DNA from: Acidobacteriota bacterium
Lineage (GTDB): Bacteria; Acidobacteriota; Vicinamibacteria; Vicinamibacterales; UBA2999
DNA length: 64,000 nt
Assembly: GCA_046732795.1 (NCBI GenBank)
Contig: JBKPNV010000044.1
Span: forward strand, 4,629 to 68,628
Direction: 5' to 3'
Under the pieces are notes generated by a model. That model was given only the letters and a program-made list of their open reading frames with translations, made no database searches and was not told the origin of the DNA. The translations under genes and the position numbers were made by a program. Shown here one piece after another: positions 53,268 through 62,857 of the stretch. Within the stretch, counting starts at the first letter, position 1. Each line of letters begins with the position of its first letter.

Positions 53268-56018
53268 CTACTTCTTAACAGATGTATCAGATTCATCCTC
53301 GAGGCTTGTCGCTTCCGCCGTCGAGTAATAGATCGCGTTGAACAGGAATTTGAACGTTCCGTGTGATTGCGCGCGGAAGTTGATTTCCGGGCCGAAGATC
53401 AATACGCGGCCGCGACCGAGCCGCGCATCGGCCACCGCGACACCGTTTTCGAGGTACTTCTGGCCCCAGGCCCAGCCGCTTCGCAGCGGCGACGCGCTCG
53501 AGAACCACGCCACCCGCGTGATGACGTCCCCGGCCTCGCTTCGGAGGCGGAAGACCGGGCTGTTGTCGAAGAAGAGATCCACCTGACGCTCGAATCCGTA
53601 CCCGAGCGGCGTGGTGTTGTCGACGCTCGCGCGAAGCACTGACCCTGGGATGTAGTACTGCTCCGGCGTCAGCGGACGACCTCCCTCGCTGCGTGGTTCG
53701 ACGAGGGCGCTCGACAGCCCCAGCCCGAGATCTGCCGCGATCGCCGTCGATCGGCCGACCGTGATGAGGGTGCCGCCTTGTTCGACGAACGCCTTCAGCT
53801 CGGGCACTGAACGCGCGCTGGACAAGGACCCAGTCGTGTGCCGGTACTCAGCGGGGATATTGCTGGCGCGCTCACTGCTATCGCGATCGTTGAGCACCGC
53901 GTCGTCGGTGAGAACGACGACGTCATAGTGGCTCTTCAACGCTCCGGCGTCGATATCCTGCGAGTAGATGACGTCGAACGGGAATCCGTATCGCTCCAGC
54001 AACCAGCGCGTCCAGCCACTGGGGCTCGAACCGCCGTAGCGATCCCACAGGGCGATGCGCACCGGCCGAAGCTTGAGCGCCGCACCCGCCGGCGGCGACG
54101 CGACTCCGTTGAACGTCACACCGAGATCAGCCGCAGTCTTCTCGAGAACCGCCCGCGTCTGCGGCCGCGCCCGGATATACATCACGCCTGTGCCTTCTTC
54201 GCCGCCCCCGAGCGTACGGTCGCGCGGCCAGAAGACGCTCTCTCCGGCAGCGAGCAGTCGTCCGACGGCGGTGAAGGCGTCGTTTTGATGATGGCTGACC
54301 AGATATCCGGCAGAACGGGGAGTTCCCGTCACTCGGCCGGCAGGCATCGACACCGACTCAACTCGCTCAAACGGTCCTTCGAGGCCCTCGAGGATACGAT
54401 CGAACTTCACGCCCATCTGGAACGCCAGCGTCCACCCGGCACTGTCGTAAGGTGGAATTGGCGCCGCGCCGGGGCGCGGAATGTCGTCGGGATGGTCCTG
54501 GGGCTCGAACATGTCGAGCACGTGCGGACGAAAGGCCTGCGCCGTCTTCACGACAAACGATCCCGACGGGTATCGCTTGCCGCCGGCGCTGAACTCGGCC
54601 GTCGCGCGCTGGACTGCGATCCCAGTCTTGAGCAGGGCATCGATGAACCTGGTCGCCGTCAGGAAGTCGGGCTGATCGGAAGGCAATACGTACGCGCGAG
54701 CGTCGCGACGTGCAGGGTCGCGAAACTGCCGGTCGTAGTCGCCGCGAAATTGCGACGCCCCCGAACTGGCGAGCGCACGCGGCGAAACGGTCCACGAGTC
54801 TCGATTGCCGCGCTCAATCGAATTCTTCCCCATCCGGTACATGCCGAAGAGCAGCGCTTCGCGATGGCGTGAGGCGACATCGAGCACCGCGCGGTTCGCC
54901 GTCATCGAGTAGTCGATCGACTGACGGAACCGCCACCGCTGTGGCGCGATCGGATACGGCAGATCGGCGCTCGGCAGCTGGCGTTCCGGTACGAACGGGA
55001 TGTCGATTGGCGTCGGGCTGCCGATCGTTTCGGTCAGCAGTCCGATCTGGTTATGGAAGTACGCGGTCGTTCTCAGGCCGCCGTTCCACCACGCCGAGTA
55101 GTTCGAACCCGTGCGCATCGTCACGCCGGGCTTCCCCTCTGCCGCGAAACGCGCGTGCATCGCCGCGCCGACGAGATCGATTGAGACCGGAATCAGCGGA
55201 TCCAGGAAGTAATTGAATGGGTCCCGGAACGGCGGCGCGAACATTACCGTCCCCGGCGGCCCCGTCTGATGATGGTCGTAGACGATCTGCGGAAACCACT
55301 CCTTGTAGAGAACGCGGTTTATGTTGATCGTCTCGGCCTGGCTCGACATGTAGAAGTCGCGGTTATTGTCGTGCCCGACGTATTTCTGATACGCGCGCGG
55401 GACACCGGCCAGCGAGCGGCGGGCAGGATCGCCTTCGCGCATGTACCAGTTGGCCACGAGCTCGTGACCATCGGGGTTGGCATTCACCGCCAGCACGATC
55501 ACGTCCCTCAGAAAGCGGCGCGTCTCTTCGTCTGTACCGCTCACCAGCTGATACACCGTTTCGATGAGCTGCTGCGCGCCCAGCACTTCGTTGGCATGCA
55601 GACCGCCATCGATCCAGACGATGGCTTTCCCTTCCGCAGCCACGGCGTGCGCCTGAGCATCATTCAGCCCTTCGGCAAGCGCGAGACGCCGCGAGAGGTC
55701 CCGATAGTGATCCAGCCTGCGCAGATTCTCTGGCGCCGAGATAATTGCCATCCACTGACTGCGGCCCTCTTCCGTGCGGCCGATGTCCACGAGCCGCAGC
55801 CGGTCGGACTCGCGCGCGAGGCGCTTCCAGTACGTTTCGAGTTGCGAGTAGGTGGCGAGGAAGTAGTCATCGCCGATGTTCGCGCCGAACTCGACGGAGG
55901 GCGGGGTGATGGTGGAGACGCTTTGCGATTGCGTGCGCGAGTACGCGGCCGTCAGCAGGAGCAGCAGCGACAGCCCGATCAAGACCCGCGTACGCGTCAG
56001 CACGGTCACGGCAGCCAT
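53268..56018 (-). CDS. Large M14-family zinc carboxypeptidase-like protein
   Basis: 916 aa with a signal peptide. The zinc motif context is WIDGGLHANEVLGAQQ, plus NPDGHE. Confidence 0.85.
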   Translation of the reverse strand: MAAVTVLTRTRVLIGLSLLLLLTAAYSRTQSQSVSTITPPSVEFGANIGDDYFLATYSQLETYWKRLARESDRLRLVDIGRTEEGRSQWMAIISAPENLRRLDHYRDLSRRLALAEGLNDAQAHAVAAEGKAIVWIDGGLHANEVLGAQQLIETVYQLVSGTDEETRRFLRDVIVLAVNANPDGHELVANWYMREGDPARRSLAGVPRAYQKYVGHDNNRDFYMSSQAETININRVLYKEWFPQIVYDHHQTGPPGTVMFAPPFRDPFNYFLDPLIPVSIDLVGAAMHARFAAEGKPGVTMRTGSNYSAWWNGGLRTTAYFHNQIGLLTETIGSPTPIDIPFVPERQLPSADLPYPIAPQRWRFRQSIDYSMTANRAVLDVASRHREALLFGMYRMGKNSIERGNRDSWTVSPRALASSGASQFRGDYDRQFRDPARRDARAYVLPSDQPDFLTATRFIDALLKTGIAVQRATAEFSAGGKRYPSGSFVVKTAQAFRPHVLDMFEPQDHPDDIPRPGAAPIPPYDSAGWTLAFQMGVKFDRILEGLEGPFERVESVSMPAGRVTGTPRSAGYLVSHHQNDAFTAVGRLLAAGESVFWPRDRTLGGGEEGTGVMYIRARPQTRAVLEKTAADLGVTFNGVASPPAGAALKLRPVRIALWDRYGGSSPSGWTRWLLERYGFPFDVIYSQDIDAGALKSHYDVVVLTDDAVLNDRDSSERASNIPAEYRHTTGSLSSARSVPELKAFVEQGGTLITVGRSTAIAADLGLGLSSALVEPRSEGGRPLTPEQYYIPGSVLRASVDNTTPLGYGFERQVDLFFDNSPVFRLRSEAGDVITRVAWFSSASPLRSGWAWGQKYLENGVAVADARLGRGRVLIFGPEINFRAQSHGTFKFLFNAIYYSTAEATSLEDESDTSVKK

Positions 56019-56030
56019 CTTTCCACAGGA

Positions 56031-56840
56031 TCAGAACTTCACCAGAATTGCGCGGGTATACACGATGCGGAATCCAAGCCGTTCGAACGTTCGCTGCGAG
56101 ACGCTGCCCGGTTCGGTAGTGGCAATGATCAAGTCGGCCTTCCGTAATCCGTCGTTCATGGCGCGCGCAACGATGGCGCTTTGCAGTCCCCGGCGACGAA
56201 ACGCGGAACGGGTCGCGGTCCCGGCAATACACATGACGCCGCCCTTGATGAAACTTACGGCGGCCGAGGCCGGCTCTCCGTCAACGTGCGCAACGTACCG
56301 CACGATCTCGGGATGAAAGAACAGCCGCATGATGTCACTGATGGCTGCCACGGCATCATGCGGCATCGGAGGGCTCCCGGGCACGAGTCGATCGGGCACT
56401 GAGAAGCCCTCGGCAACCACGTTCAGCCACTGTTGCTCGTCGGCGTCGGCTTCGACGGTAATATCGGCGCCAGCAGCCAGCTGCACAGGCTCACTCGGCG
56501 CTGGCCGGGCGAGCTCGTTCTCGAAGGCCTGCAGGACGTAGCCACGCCGGGTCAACCGCGAGGGCAGGTCAGCCGAGGCGAGCGGACACAGCTCGATTTG
56601 CACTGGACAGCTCCGCTCGCCGTAAAACTGCTCGACCGCGTCGATGTCGTCGTCGCTCACGTCGATGCCCAGACCGAGGCCGAGCATCTTGTTGACGGGT
56701 GAGCCGGGGGCGGCGTACACGGCCAAGCCGCCGGCGCGCTCGAGCGTCGCGGCATCGGGCGCGACGCCCAGGGTCGCCATCGCGCAGAAGTCGATCTCGG
56801 CACGATCGATTCGTCGTGCGAGCTCGAGGGTCGCGTGCAT
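56031..56840 (-). CDS. GNAT-family N-acetyltransferase
   Basis: The C-terminal GNAT core is AGTATRSAFRRRGLQSAIVARAMNDG...SQRTFERLGF. Confidence 0.75.
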   Translation of the reverse strand: MHATLELARRIDRAEIDFCAMATLGVAPDAATLERAGGLAVYAAPGSPVNKMLGLGLGIDVSDDDIDAVEQFYGERSCPVQIELCPLASADLPSRLTRRGYVLQAFENELARPAPSEPVQLAAGADITVEADADEQQWLNVVAEGFSVPDRLVPGSPPMPHDAVAAISDIMRLFFHPEIVRYVAHVDGEPASAAVSFIKGGVMCIAGTATRSAFRRRGLQSAIVARAMNDGLRKADLIIATTEPGSVSQRTFERLGFRIVYTRAILVKF

Positions 56841-56893
56841 GACCTACACTTTAGCCTGTAGCCACAGTCCACAGACGGGCCAGCAACCCTTCA

Positions 56894-57655
56894 ATGAAAA
56901 TCGCCACGTGGAATGTCAACGGGATCCGCGCAAGGCAAGCCGAGCTTCAGCAGTTCATCGAGCGCGAGCAGCCCGATGTGCTGTGTCTCCAGGAAATCAA
57001 GGCATCGCTCGATCAATTGCCCGTCTGGATCTGCCAGCTCGAGGGATATTCGTGCTATTGGCACGGCGGCAAGGGTTATTCAGGCGTGGCGCTTCACGTC
57101 CGCGCCGCAACGTATCCCGATCCACCGGCGTTCCGGCATCCTCCCTTCGACTTCGAGCATCGGATCGTCACCGTGTCGCTACCTGACGTAACCGTTGCGT
57201 CGATTTACGTACCGAACGGCGGCAAGGATTTCGTCGCGAAGATGCGCTTCCTCGACGACATGCGGAAATTTGCGGCCGAATGCCAGGCTGCGGGATCACC
57301 GCTCGTGATGTGCGGCGACATGAACGTCGCGCGAACCGACATGGACGTGCATCCAAAAGAGCGGCGCCCCGGCATCGTTGGTCAGCGCCCTGATGAGCGC
57401 GCCTTGATCGAGCAGATCCTCGGCCACGGTCTCGTCGACGTGCATCGGACGCTCGACCCTGAGAACGCCAACCTGTTCACGTGGTGGGCGCCCTGGCGCA
57501 ACCTCAAACAGCGCAACATCGGATGGCGTCTCGACTATGTGTTTGCCAGCGAGGCCCTCGCCGCGCGCGCGACATCGTGTGTCGTGCAACGCGAGTTCGG
57601 CACCAGCGATCATGGTCCGGTGGTTGCGGTGTTCGACATGGCGGTTCGTGTTTAG
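56894..57655 (+). CDS. xthA: Exodeoxyribonuclease III
   Basis: Contains MKIATWNVNGIRARQAELQQFIEREQPDVLCLQEIK and the C-terminal SDHGPV. Confidence 0.9.
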   Translation: MKIATWNVNGIRARQAELQQFIEREQPDVLCLQEIKASLDQLPVWICQLEGYSCYWHGGKGYSGVALHVRAATYPDPPAFRHPPFDFEHRIVTVSLPDVTVASIYVPNGGKDFVAKMRFLDDMRKFAAECQAAGSPLVMCGDMNVARTDMDVHPKERRPGIVGQRPDERALIEQILGHGLVDVHRTLDPENANLFTWWAPWRNLKQRNIGWRLDYVFASEALAARATSCVVQREFGTSDHGPVVAVFDMAVRV

Positions 57656-57737
57656 AGATGCGCCGTCTGAACACCTGCCTCTACGACTTTACGCAGCGTT
57701 GGCCAGCGTGCAGACCCGCATTCACAGATTTACGCAT

Positions 57738-57768
57738 GTGAAGGGGTGTGAAGGGGTCTGACCCCGTC
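57738..57768. repeat. REP-like element (family 2) with duplicated GTGAAGGGG flank
   Basis: The sequence is gtgaaggggtgtgaaggggtctgaccccgtc. Confidence 0.5.
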
Positions 57769-57777
57769 TGGATTCCG

Positions 57778-58902
57778 TCAGGATTCGGCGGCAGACCAGG
57801 CCTCAGCCAGGTCTTCCCCGACTGCCAGGTGATTGAGGATGAAATCCGCGCTTCGAAAGGCGCCCCGCAACAACTCCGCGTCCAGGACTCGCGTCGCGTC
57901 ACGGCACTGCCGGGCTGACTCGATGCGCACAACCGCAAGCGCGGCTTCGAGGCCACGAACGATGGTCATCACACCGCGCCCCTGATAGGCGGTCCATGAC
58001 GCAAACGCCTTGGCCGCGATATACCGATTAAGAGGAACATCGAATGTCGGCCAGACAGGACTCACGAGATCCGCGAATGCCACATCGAGACCGGATTCGT
58101 CGGGCGACGGACGCAGGTCGTCTGGCACTGCTCGCATGATGCCCTCGTACAACGTGAAACTGTCGTCGAGCGTGCCCGTCGCCCGCGTCCGTTCCGAGCG
58201 GACCGGCAGACCTCGAACCGCGTCGACCAGCGTGATTTCTCCGGGTTTCCACTGACGCAGTAATTGGGCGTCGCGCACCAGAGTCGCCAGTACTGACTCC
58301 GGGCTGTTTCCGACCTCTGCGCATCGACGGACCATGTGAAATTCCCAGGCCGAGTATCCAGCCAGATCCATGAGCATCGTGGGCGACAGGAGCGGAGGCA
58401 GATCCTCGCCGGTGACGGTCAATCCTTCGTAGTCAGCAGGCGGGAACGCGTGTGGTCCCGAGACGATGGCGAGAGCGCAATCGTCGCGAAACAGCATCGA
58501 CGCCGCGGTCGGACAAAAGTGGGACAACGTGACGAACGTGCCGCGCCGGTCCCGAACGGCCAGCCGAGGAAAGTGCCGACACGTCGCCGGCAAAGCTGCT
58601 TCGCCCATGTCGCGGTGGACGATGCACAACTTCGTATCACGCTCGAGGAAGACACACTCGCCTGCATCGGTTCGCTCGAACATCGCCGCCACATCGTCGG
58701 GAAGGTCTGCGTCAACGATAAAGGGATCGAGATGCCGGGCAGCGGCTTGCGGTCGGAGCACCCCCCTTTGAACGGCCTCCTGCAGCGTTCGGTAAACCGG
58801 TAATTCCACTGGTACGTCCCAGTCGGCCGAGCAACACGCGCCCGAGTGCCGGCACCGGTAATCTGCATGAATTGACAACGCGAAGACATCGGGCGAACTC
58901 AT
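57778..58902 (-). CDS. Cysteine-cluster protein, FliB/YkgJ (flagellin lysine-N-methylase-like) family candidate
   Basis: The N-terminus YRCRHSGACCSADWDVPVELPVYRTL resembles the C-x-G-x-CC zinc/iron-chelating motif of that family. The rest is unassigned. Confidence 0.45.
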   Translation of the reverse strand: MSSPDVFALSIHADYRCRHSGACCSADWDVPVELPVYRTLQEAVQRGVLRPQAAARHLDPFIVDADLPDDVAAMFERTDAGECVFLERDTKLCIVHRDMGEAALPATCRHFPRLAVRDRRGTFVTLSHFCPTAASMLFRDDCALAIVSGPHAFPPADYEGLTVTGEDLPPLLSPTMLMDLAGYSAWEFHMVRRCAEVGNSPESVLATLVRDAQLLRQWKPGEITLVDAVRGLPVRSERTRATGTLDDSFTLYEGIMRAVPDDLRPSPDESGLDVAFADLVSPVWPTFDVPLNRYIAAKAFASWTAYQGRGVMTIVRGLEAALAVVRIESARQCRDATRVLDAELLRGAFRSADFILNHLAVGEDLAEAWSAAES

Positions 58903-59016
58903 TGAACCCCTAGTAGTTGGTGTTGCGTACAGAAGTATTACAGTGCGCCGGCTGCAGGGCTGCTATGGTGTGTTCGTTCCTTTGTCGAAAACACTTTCTG
59001 GAGGATACCTGCGTTA

Positions 59017-59898
59017 ATGGCGACACCGATGCTCTTGTACGGCCGGAAACATCAGACCGGCCTGAACTGGATAACCGCAATAGCCATGACCGGGTTCCAC
59101 ATCGGCGCCGTGGCGGCTCTCTTCTACATCGACACGGGCGCCATGCTCGCCGCACTGATTCTGTACTACGGCGGCGGAATGCTCGGCATCGGCATGGGAT
59201 ATCACCGACTGCTGACCCATCGCGGCTATAAGACGACGAAGTGGGTCGAGTACTTCCTCACCTTCTGCGGAACGCTGGCGCTTGAAGGTGGGCCCATCTT
59301 CTGGGTAGCCACTCACCGCATCCATCATCAAAAATCGGATCAGGACGGCGACCCGCATACGCCTCGCGAAGGTACGTGGTGGGCGCACATGGGCTGGATC
59401 CTCTTTGGCGAAGGATTGCACCACGATGCCTCCGTCCTGGCCCGCTATGTCCCGGACCTGAGCCGCGACCGGTTCCATGTGTGGCTTTCCAGCTGGCACT
59501 GGGTCAGCAACGTGGTGGTCGGCCTTGGTCTGCTCGCGTTTGGCGGGCTTCCGTACGTGCTGTGGGGCATCTTCTTCCGGACGACTTTCGGTCTCCACGC
59601 GACGTGGCTAGTCAACTCTGCCACGCACAAATGGGGTACTCGCCGGTTCAAGACACGAGACGATTCGACGAACAACTGGTGGGTCGCACTCCTGACGTTC
59701 GGCGAAGGCTGGCACAACAATCATCATGCGCATCCGACTAGCGCCCGCCACGGCCTGGCCTGGTATGAACTCGATCAGAACTGGATCGGGATTCGGACGC
59801 TACAGCTGCTTGGCCTCGCCTGGGACGTCAAACTCGCGAAAATCAAGCAACCCCTGGCCGAAGACGTGGTCATTCCGGCAGACGAAGCTGTCGCCTAG
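59017..59898 (+). CDS. Acyl-CoA (delta-9-type) fatty acid desaturase
   Basis: Three His boxes are present: GYHRLLTHRGY, HRIHHQKSD and GEGWHNNHHAHP. Confidence 0.9.
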   Translation: MATPMLLYGRKHQTGLNWITAIAMTGFHIGAVAALFYIDTGAMLAALILYYGGGMLGIGMGYHRLLTHRGYKTTKWVEYFLTFCGTLALEGGPIFWVATHRIHHQKSDQDGDPHTPREGTWWAHMGWILFGEGLHHDASVLARYVPDLSRDRFHVWLSSWHWVSNVVVGLGLLAFGGLPYVLWGIFFRTTFGLHATWLVNSATHKWGTRRFKTRDDSTNNWWVALLTFGEGWHNNHHAHPTSARHGLAWYELDQNWIGIRTLQLLGLAWDVKLAKIKQPLAEDVVIPADEAVA

Positions 59899-59922
59899 CA
59901 GCGCAACGGCGTACCTTCCGTA

Positions 59923-59947
59923 GCGCGGGGTGCTTCGGCCCCCGCGC
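59923..59947 (+). terminator. GC-rich 8-bp stem hairpin after the desaturase stop
   Basis: gcgcgggg-tgcttcggc-ccccgcgc. There is no T tract, so function is uncertain. Confidence 0.4.
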
Positions 59948-59965
59948 CAGATTCAGCCTGCACCT

Positions 59966-59994
59966 CTGCATTCTGAATTCTGCATTGCTAAAAT
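59966..59994 (+). promoter_or_regulatory. Three tandem heptamers plus a -10-like hexamer abutting the kinase start codon
   Basis: CTGCATT CTGAATT CTGCATT at 59966-59986, then TAAAAT at 59989-59994. GTG start at 60001. Confidence 0.3.
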
Positions 59995-60000
59995 CACCCG

Positions 60001-60900
60001 GTGACTCGACGCCAGAAGGCGATCGCCTTCTTTGTCGTCCTCTGCGTGCTGCTGGTGATCGCGGCGCTGCTGCTCAACATCAGCTGGGTGATCACCAATA
60101 CCGGCCGGATTACGCCGATCATCTTCGGGGTCGTCCTCTTTGGCCTGATCATCGCGGGCCTCATCGTTTACACCGTATTCCTCGTCCTGGAAATCAAACG
60201 CAACGAGGAACACGACAGCTTCATCAACGCCGTGACGCACGAGCTCAAGACCCCCATCGCGTCGATTCGCCTGTATCTCGAGACCCTCCAGTCGCGCGAC
60301 GTCAGCGAACAGAGACGGCGGGAGTTCTACGACATCATGCTGGCGGATGCGGAACGTCTTCATCGCACCGTCGACCAAGTACTCAAAGCTGGCGTCGTCC
60401 GCGAGCGCCCGAGGGCCGTGATCCGCGGACCGGTGGATGTCGGTGCGCTGACCGGCGAGTGCGTCGGCCTAGCGATCGTCCGACATCACCTCAATTCGGG
60501 AGCCATCGCGCTCGACGCGCCGCGCGACCGTGCGTTGGTCGTCAGCGGCGATGCCGAGGAACTGCGGACAGTCGTCAGCAATCTCCTCGACAACGCCGTG
60601 AAATATTCGGGCAACAGCGTGCAGGTCACTGTGTCTGTGGCCGCCCCCGCACCCGACACGGTGTGGATCCGTGTACAGGATCGCGGCATCGGCATTCCGA
60701 AGAAGCAGCTGAAGAGAATCTTCAACCGCTTTTATCGCGTGCAGGCGCGTGGGCTTCGCAACATCAAGGGCACGGGCCTCGGCTTGTACATCGTCCGCTC
60801 CATCGCCCGCGCCCATGGCGGTCGTGTGTTCGTGCAGAGCGAAGGCGAGGGACGCGGCGCCACGTTCACGCTGGAGCTTCCGCGCCTGATCACTCAGTAG
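60001..60900 (+). CDS. Two-component sensor histidine kinase
   Basis: Two N-terminal TM segments. H-box NAVTHELKTPIASIRLYLETL, N-box LLDNAVKY, and G-boxes DRGIGIP and GTGLGLYIV. Confidence 0.85.
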   Translation: MTRRQKAIAFFVVLCVLLVIAALLLNISWVITNTGRITPIIFGVVLFGLIIAGLIVYTVFLVLEIKRNEEHDSFINAVTHELKTPIASIRLYLETLQSRDVSEQRRREFYDIMLADAERLHRTVDQVLKAGVVRERPRAVIRGPVDVGALTGECVGLAIVRHHLNSGAIALDAPRDRALVVSGDAEELRTVVSNLLDNAVKYSGNSVQVTVSVAAPAPDTVWIRVQDRGIGIPKKQLKRIFNRFYRVQARGLRNIKGTGLGLYIVRSIARAHGGRVFVQSEGEGRGATFTLELPRLITQ

Positions 60901-60936
60901 CGCCCGCAGAGCGCACGCTTCACGTGCGCGGAGAGC

Positions 60937-61665
60937 ATGTTGACGCGCATTCTGATCGTCGAGGACGAGCAACATATTGCTGATGGCCTTCGCTTCAATC
61001 TCGAAGCGGAGGGCTACGAGGCCGTCGTTGCGCGCGACGGCGAGCAGGCCCTCGAGCTGCTGCTGAAAGAGCGGCACGCATTCGAAGTCGTCGTTCTCGA
61101 CGTCATGCTTCCGGGTAAGGATGGGTTCACCGTGGCCACGGAGCTGCGCGCGGCCGGTCAGTTCGTGCCGATCCTCATGCTCACGGCTCGCGGCCGCGCC
61201 GAGGATGTCCTGCGCGGATTCGAATCGGGAGCCGACGACTATCTGCCCAAGCCTTTCGAGCTGGCGATTCTCATGGCGCGGCTCAAGGGGCTGCAGCGGC
61301 GACGGCGATGGAACGAGCGTGATGTAGAGGCGCCAGGGACCACGCAAGAGACGTATTCATTCGAGGGGCGCACACTCGACTTCAGCGCCATGGAGGTCCG
61401 GGCGCACGGGACGTCATACCGACTGACGCAAATGGAGTGCGACCTTCTCCGCTACCTCGTGCGGAACGCGGGCCGAGCCATCCCTCGCGGCACGCTGCTC
61501 GAGGAAGTGTGGGGGCTGCACGAGAGCACCGACACTCGCGCCATCGACAACTTCATCGTGCGGCTGCGGCGGTATCTCGAGGATCGGCCCGCCTCTCCCA
61601 AAATCCTGGTGACGGTGCGAGGCGTGGGCTACAAGTTCGTCGCGCCAGAATCCGTGAAGCCATAG
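60937..61665 (+). CDS. OmpR/PhoB-family response regulator
   Basis: Contains ILIVEDEQHI, DVMLPGKDG and the winged-helix VRGVGYKF. Confidence 0.9.
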   Translation: MLTRILIVEDEQHIADGLRFNLEAEGYEAVVARDGEQALELLLKERHAFEVVVLDVMLPGKDGFTVATELRAAGQFVPILMLTARGRAEDVLRGFESGADDYLPKPFELAILMARLKGLQRRRRWNERDVEAPGTTQETYSFEGRTLDFSAMEVRAHGTSYRLTQMECDLLRYLVRNAGRAIPRGTLLEEVWGLHESTDTRAIDNFIVRLRRYLEDRPASPKILVTVRGVGYKFVAPESVKP

Positions 61666-61730
61666 TGTCCGGCTTCTCAACCACCATGAAGTAGTGTCCG
61701 GCCTTTAGCCGGACCTTTGGTTAGCCGGAC
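61664..61730. repeat. REP-like elements (family 1, opposite orientation; one full, two partial)
   Basis: The copies are tagtgtccggcttctc (partial), gtagtgtccggcctttagccggacc (61691-61715) and ttagccggac (61721-61730). Confidence 0.7.
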
Positions 61731-62746
61731 TCCTGCGGCGCAACGCGATCGATATGACCAATCGCCAGCGACGCGTCGATCAGATGCCGTGCCCGCAGAC
61801 CGAGGGCGATCGGCTTCTCGCGCAGCCAGTGCAGTCCCGCGCTCACCGCGCAGCCGCACTGCGAGCAATCAGGATTCCCTCCGAAGAAACACGGCTGGAC
61901 TCGTGTCTTGAGGTCTGCTGAGTAGTTCACTGACACGCGCGAGAAGGTGCATTCCTCCGGGCTCGCGGGAGGATTGGCAAACGCTTCCGTCGCGCCGTGC
62001 GGGAGGACCAGCGTCGGATACTTGTCCTTCAAGCCCGGCAGCTCCGTGAAGAGCCGTTCGCGCGACGCGCGTGTCAGCCGTTCAGCGCTGACCTCGCCCT
62101 TCTGCGGCGTGTAAAGACTCAGCCAGATGCGCCCGATCTCCGGACGAGCGGTCCAGAAGGCAAGATACTCATCCAGATATCCTGGCCGCTGCAGCATCTG
62201 GTTTGTGATTACCCAGCTCACATCGGCTTCGCGGCCTTTGAGATTTTCGAGAATGCGTCGATAGGTCGCCGGCGTTCTGCGGGCGTCGTGCTCGGGCTGC
62301 AGTCCGTCGATCGAGACGGCCACCCGGACTCTGGGGATGGCATTCCAGTCACGTGGAAACGGGATCACGGCACTCGTAACGACAAGGGAGTACGCGCCCA
62401 TGGCGCTCACCGCCGGAAGGATTCGACTGAGCTCTCGATGGCGGACGAGCGGTTCGCCACCGACAAACGACACCTGCACGGGCCGGTGAGAGCGAATCAA
62501 CGCGAGCACGCGGTCGACGAGCGGATCGCCGTGCAGATCGTGGACCTGCCTGAGTGTGATGCCTCCTCCAAGGTGCATCGGCTCATAGGCGTAGCAGCCG
62601 GGACAATGCAGCGGGCATTCACGCGTGATTTCAATCGACAGCAGCGGACTGTGGCCGAGCAGCATCCGGCCCCAGGCGTTGAAGAGCGTCTTCAGTTCAA
62701 CTGGTTGACGCGGCTTGCGGTGAACGAGGGATGAGTCGCTGGACAT
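61721..62746 (-). CDS. Radical SAM protein with C-terminal Cys cluster
   Basis: The CxxxCxxC context is ITRECPLHCPGCYAYE. The C-terminus has QPCFFGGNPDCSQCGCAVSAG. The stop TAA lies in a REP loop. Confidence 0.85.
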   Translation of the reverse strand: MSSDSSLVHRKPRQPVELKTLFNAWGRMLLGHSPLLSIEITRECPLHCPGCYAYEPMHLGGGITLRQVHDLHGDPLVDRVLALIRSHRPVQVSFVGGEPLVRHRELSRILPAVSAMGAYSLVVTSAVIPFPRDWNAIPRVRVAVSIDGLQPEHDARRTPATYRRILENLKGREADVSWVITNQMLQRPGYLDEYLAFWTARPEIGRIWLSLYTPQKGEVSAERLTRASRERLFTELPGLKDKYPTLVLPHGATEAFANPPASPEECTFSRVSVNYSADLKTRVQPCFFGGNPDCSQCGCAVSAGLHWLREKPIALGLRARHLIDASLAIGHIDRVAPQESG

Positions 62747-62857
62747 AACAACGCCGAAAGCAGAGAGACAACATCAGAATACCGTCCGATGCGCCGACCC
62801 TGTCCACCATAGCGCAAAGCGCGAAGATGGAAGCTGAACAACCAGTAGAATTACGCG

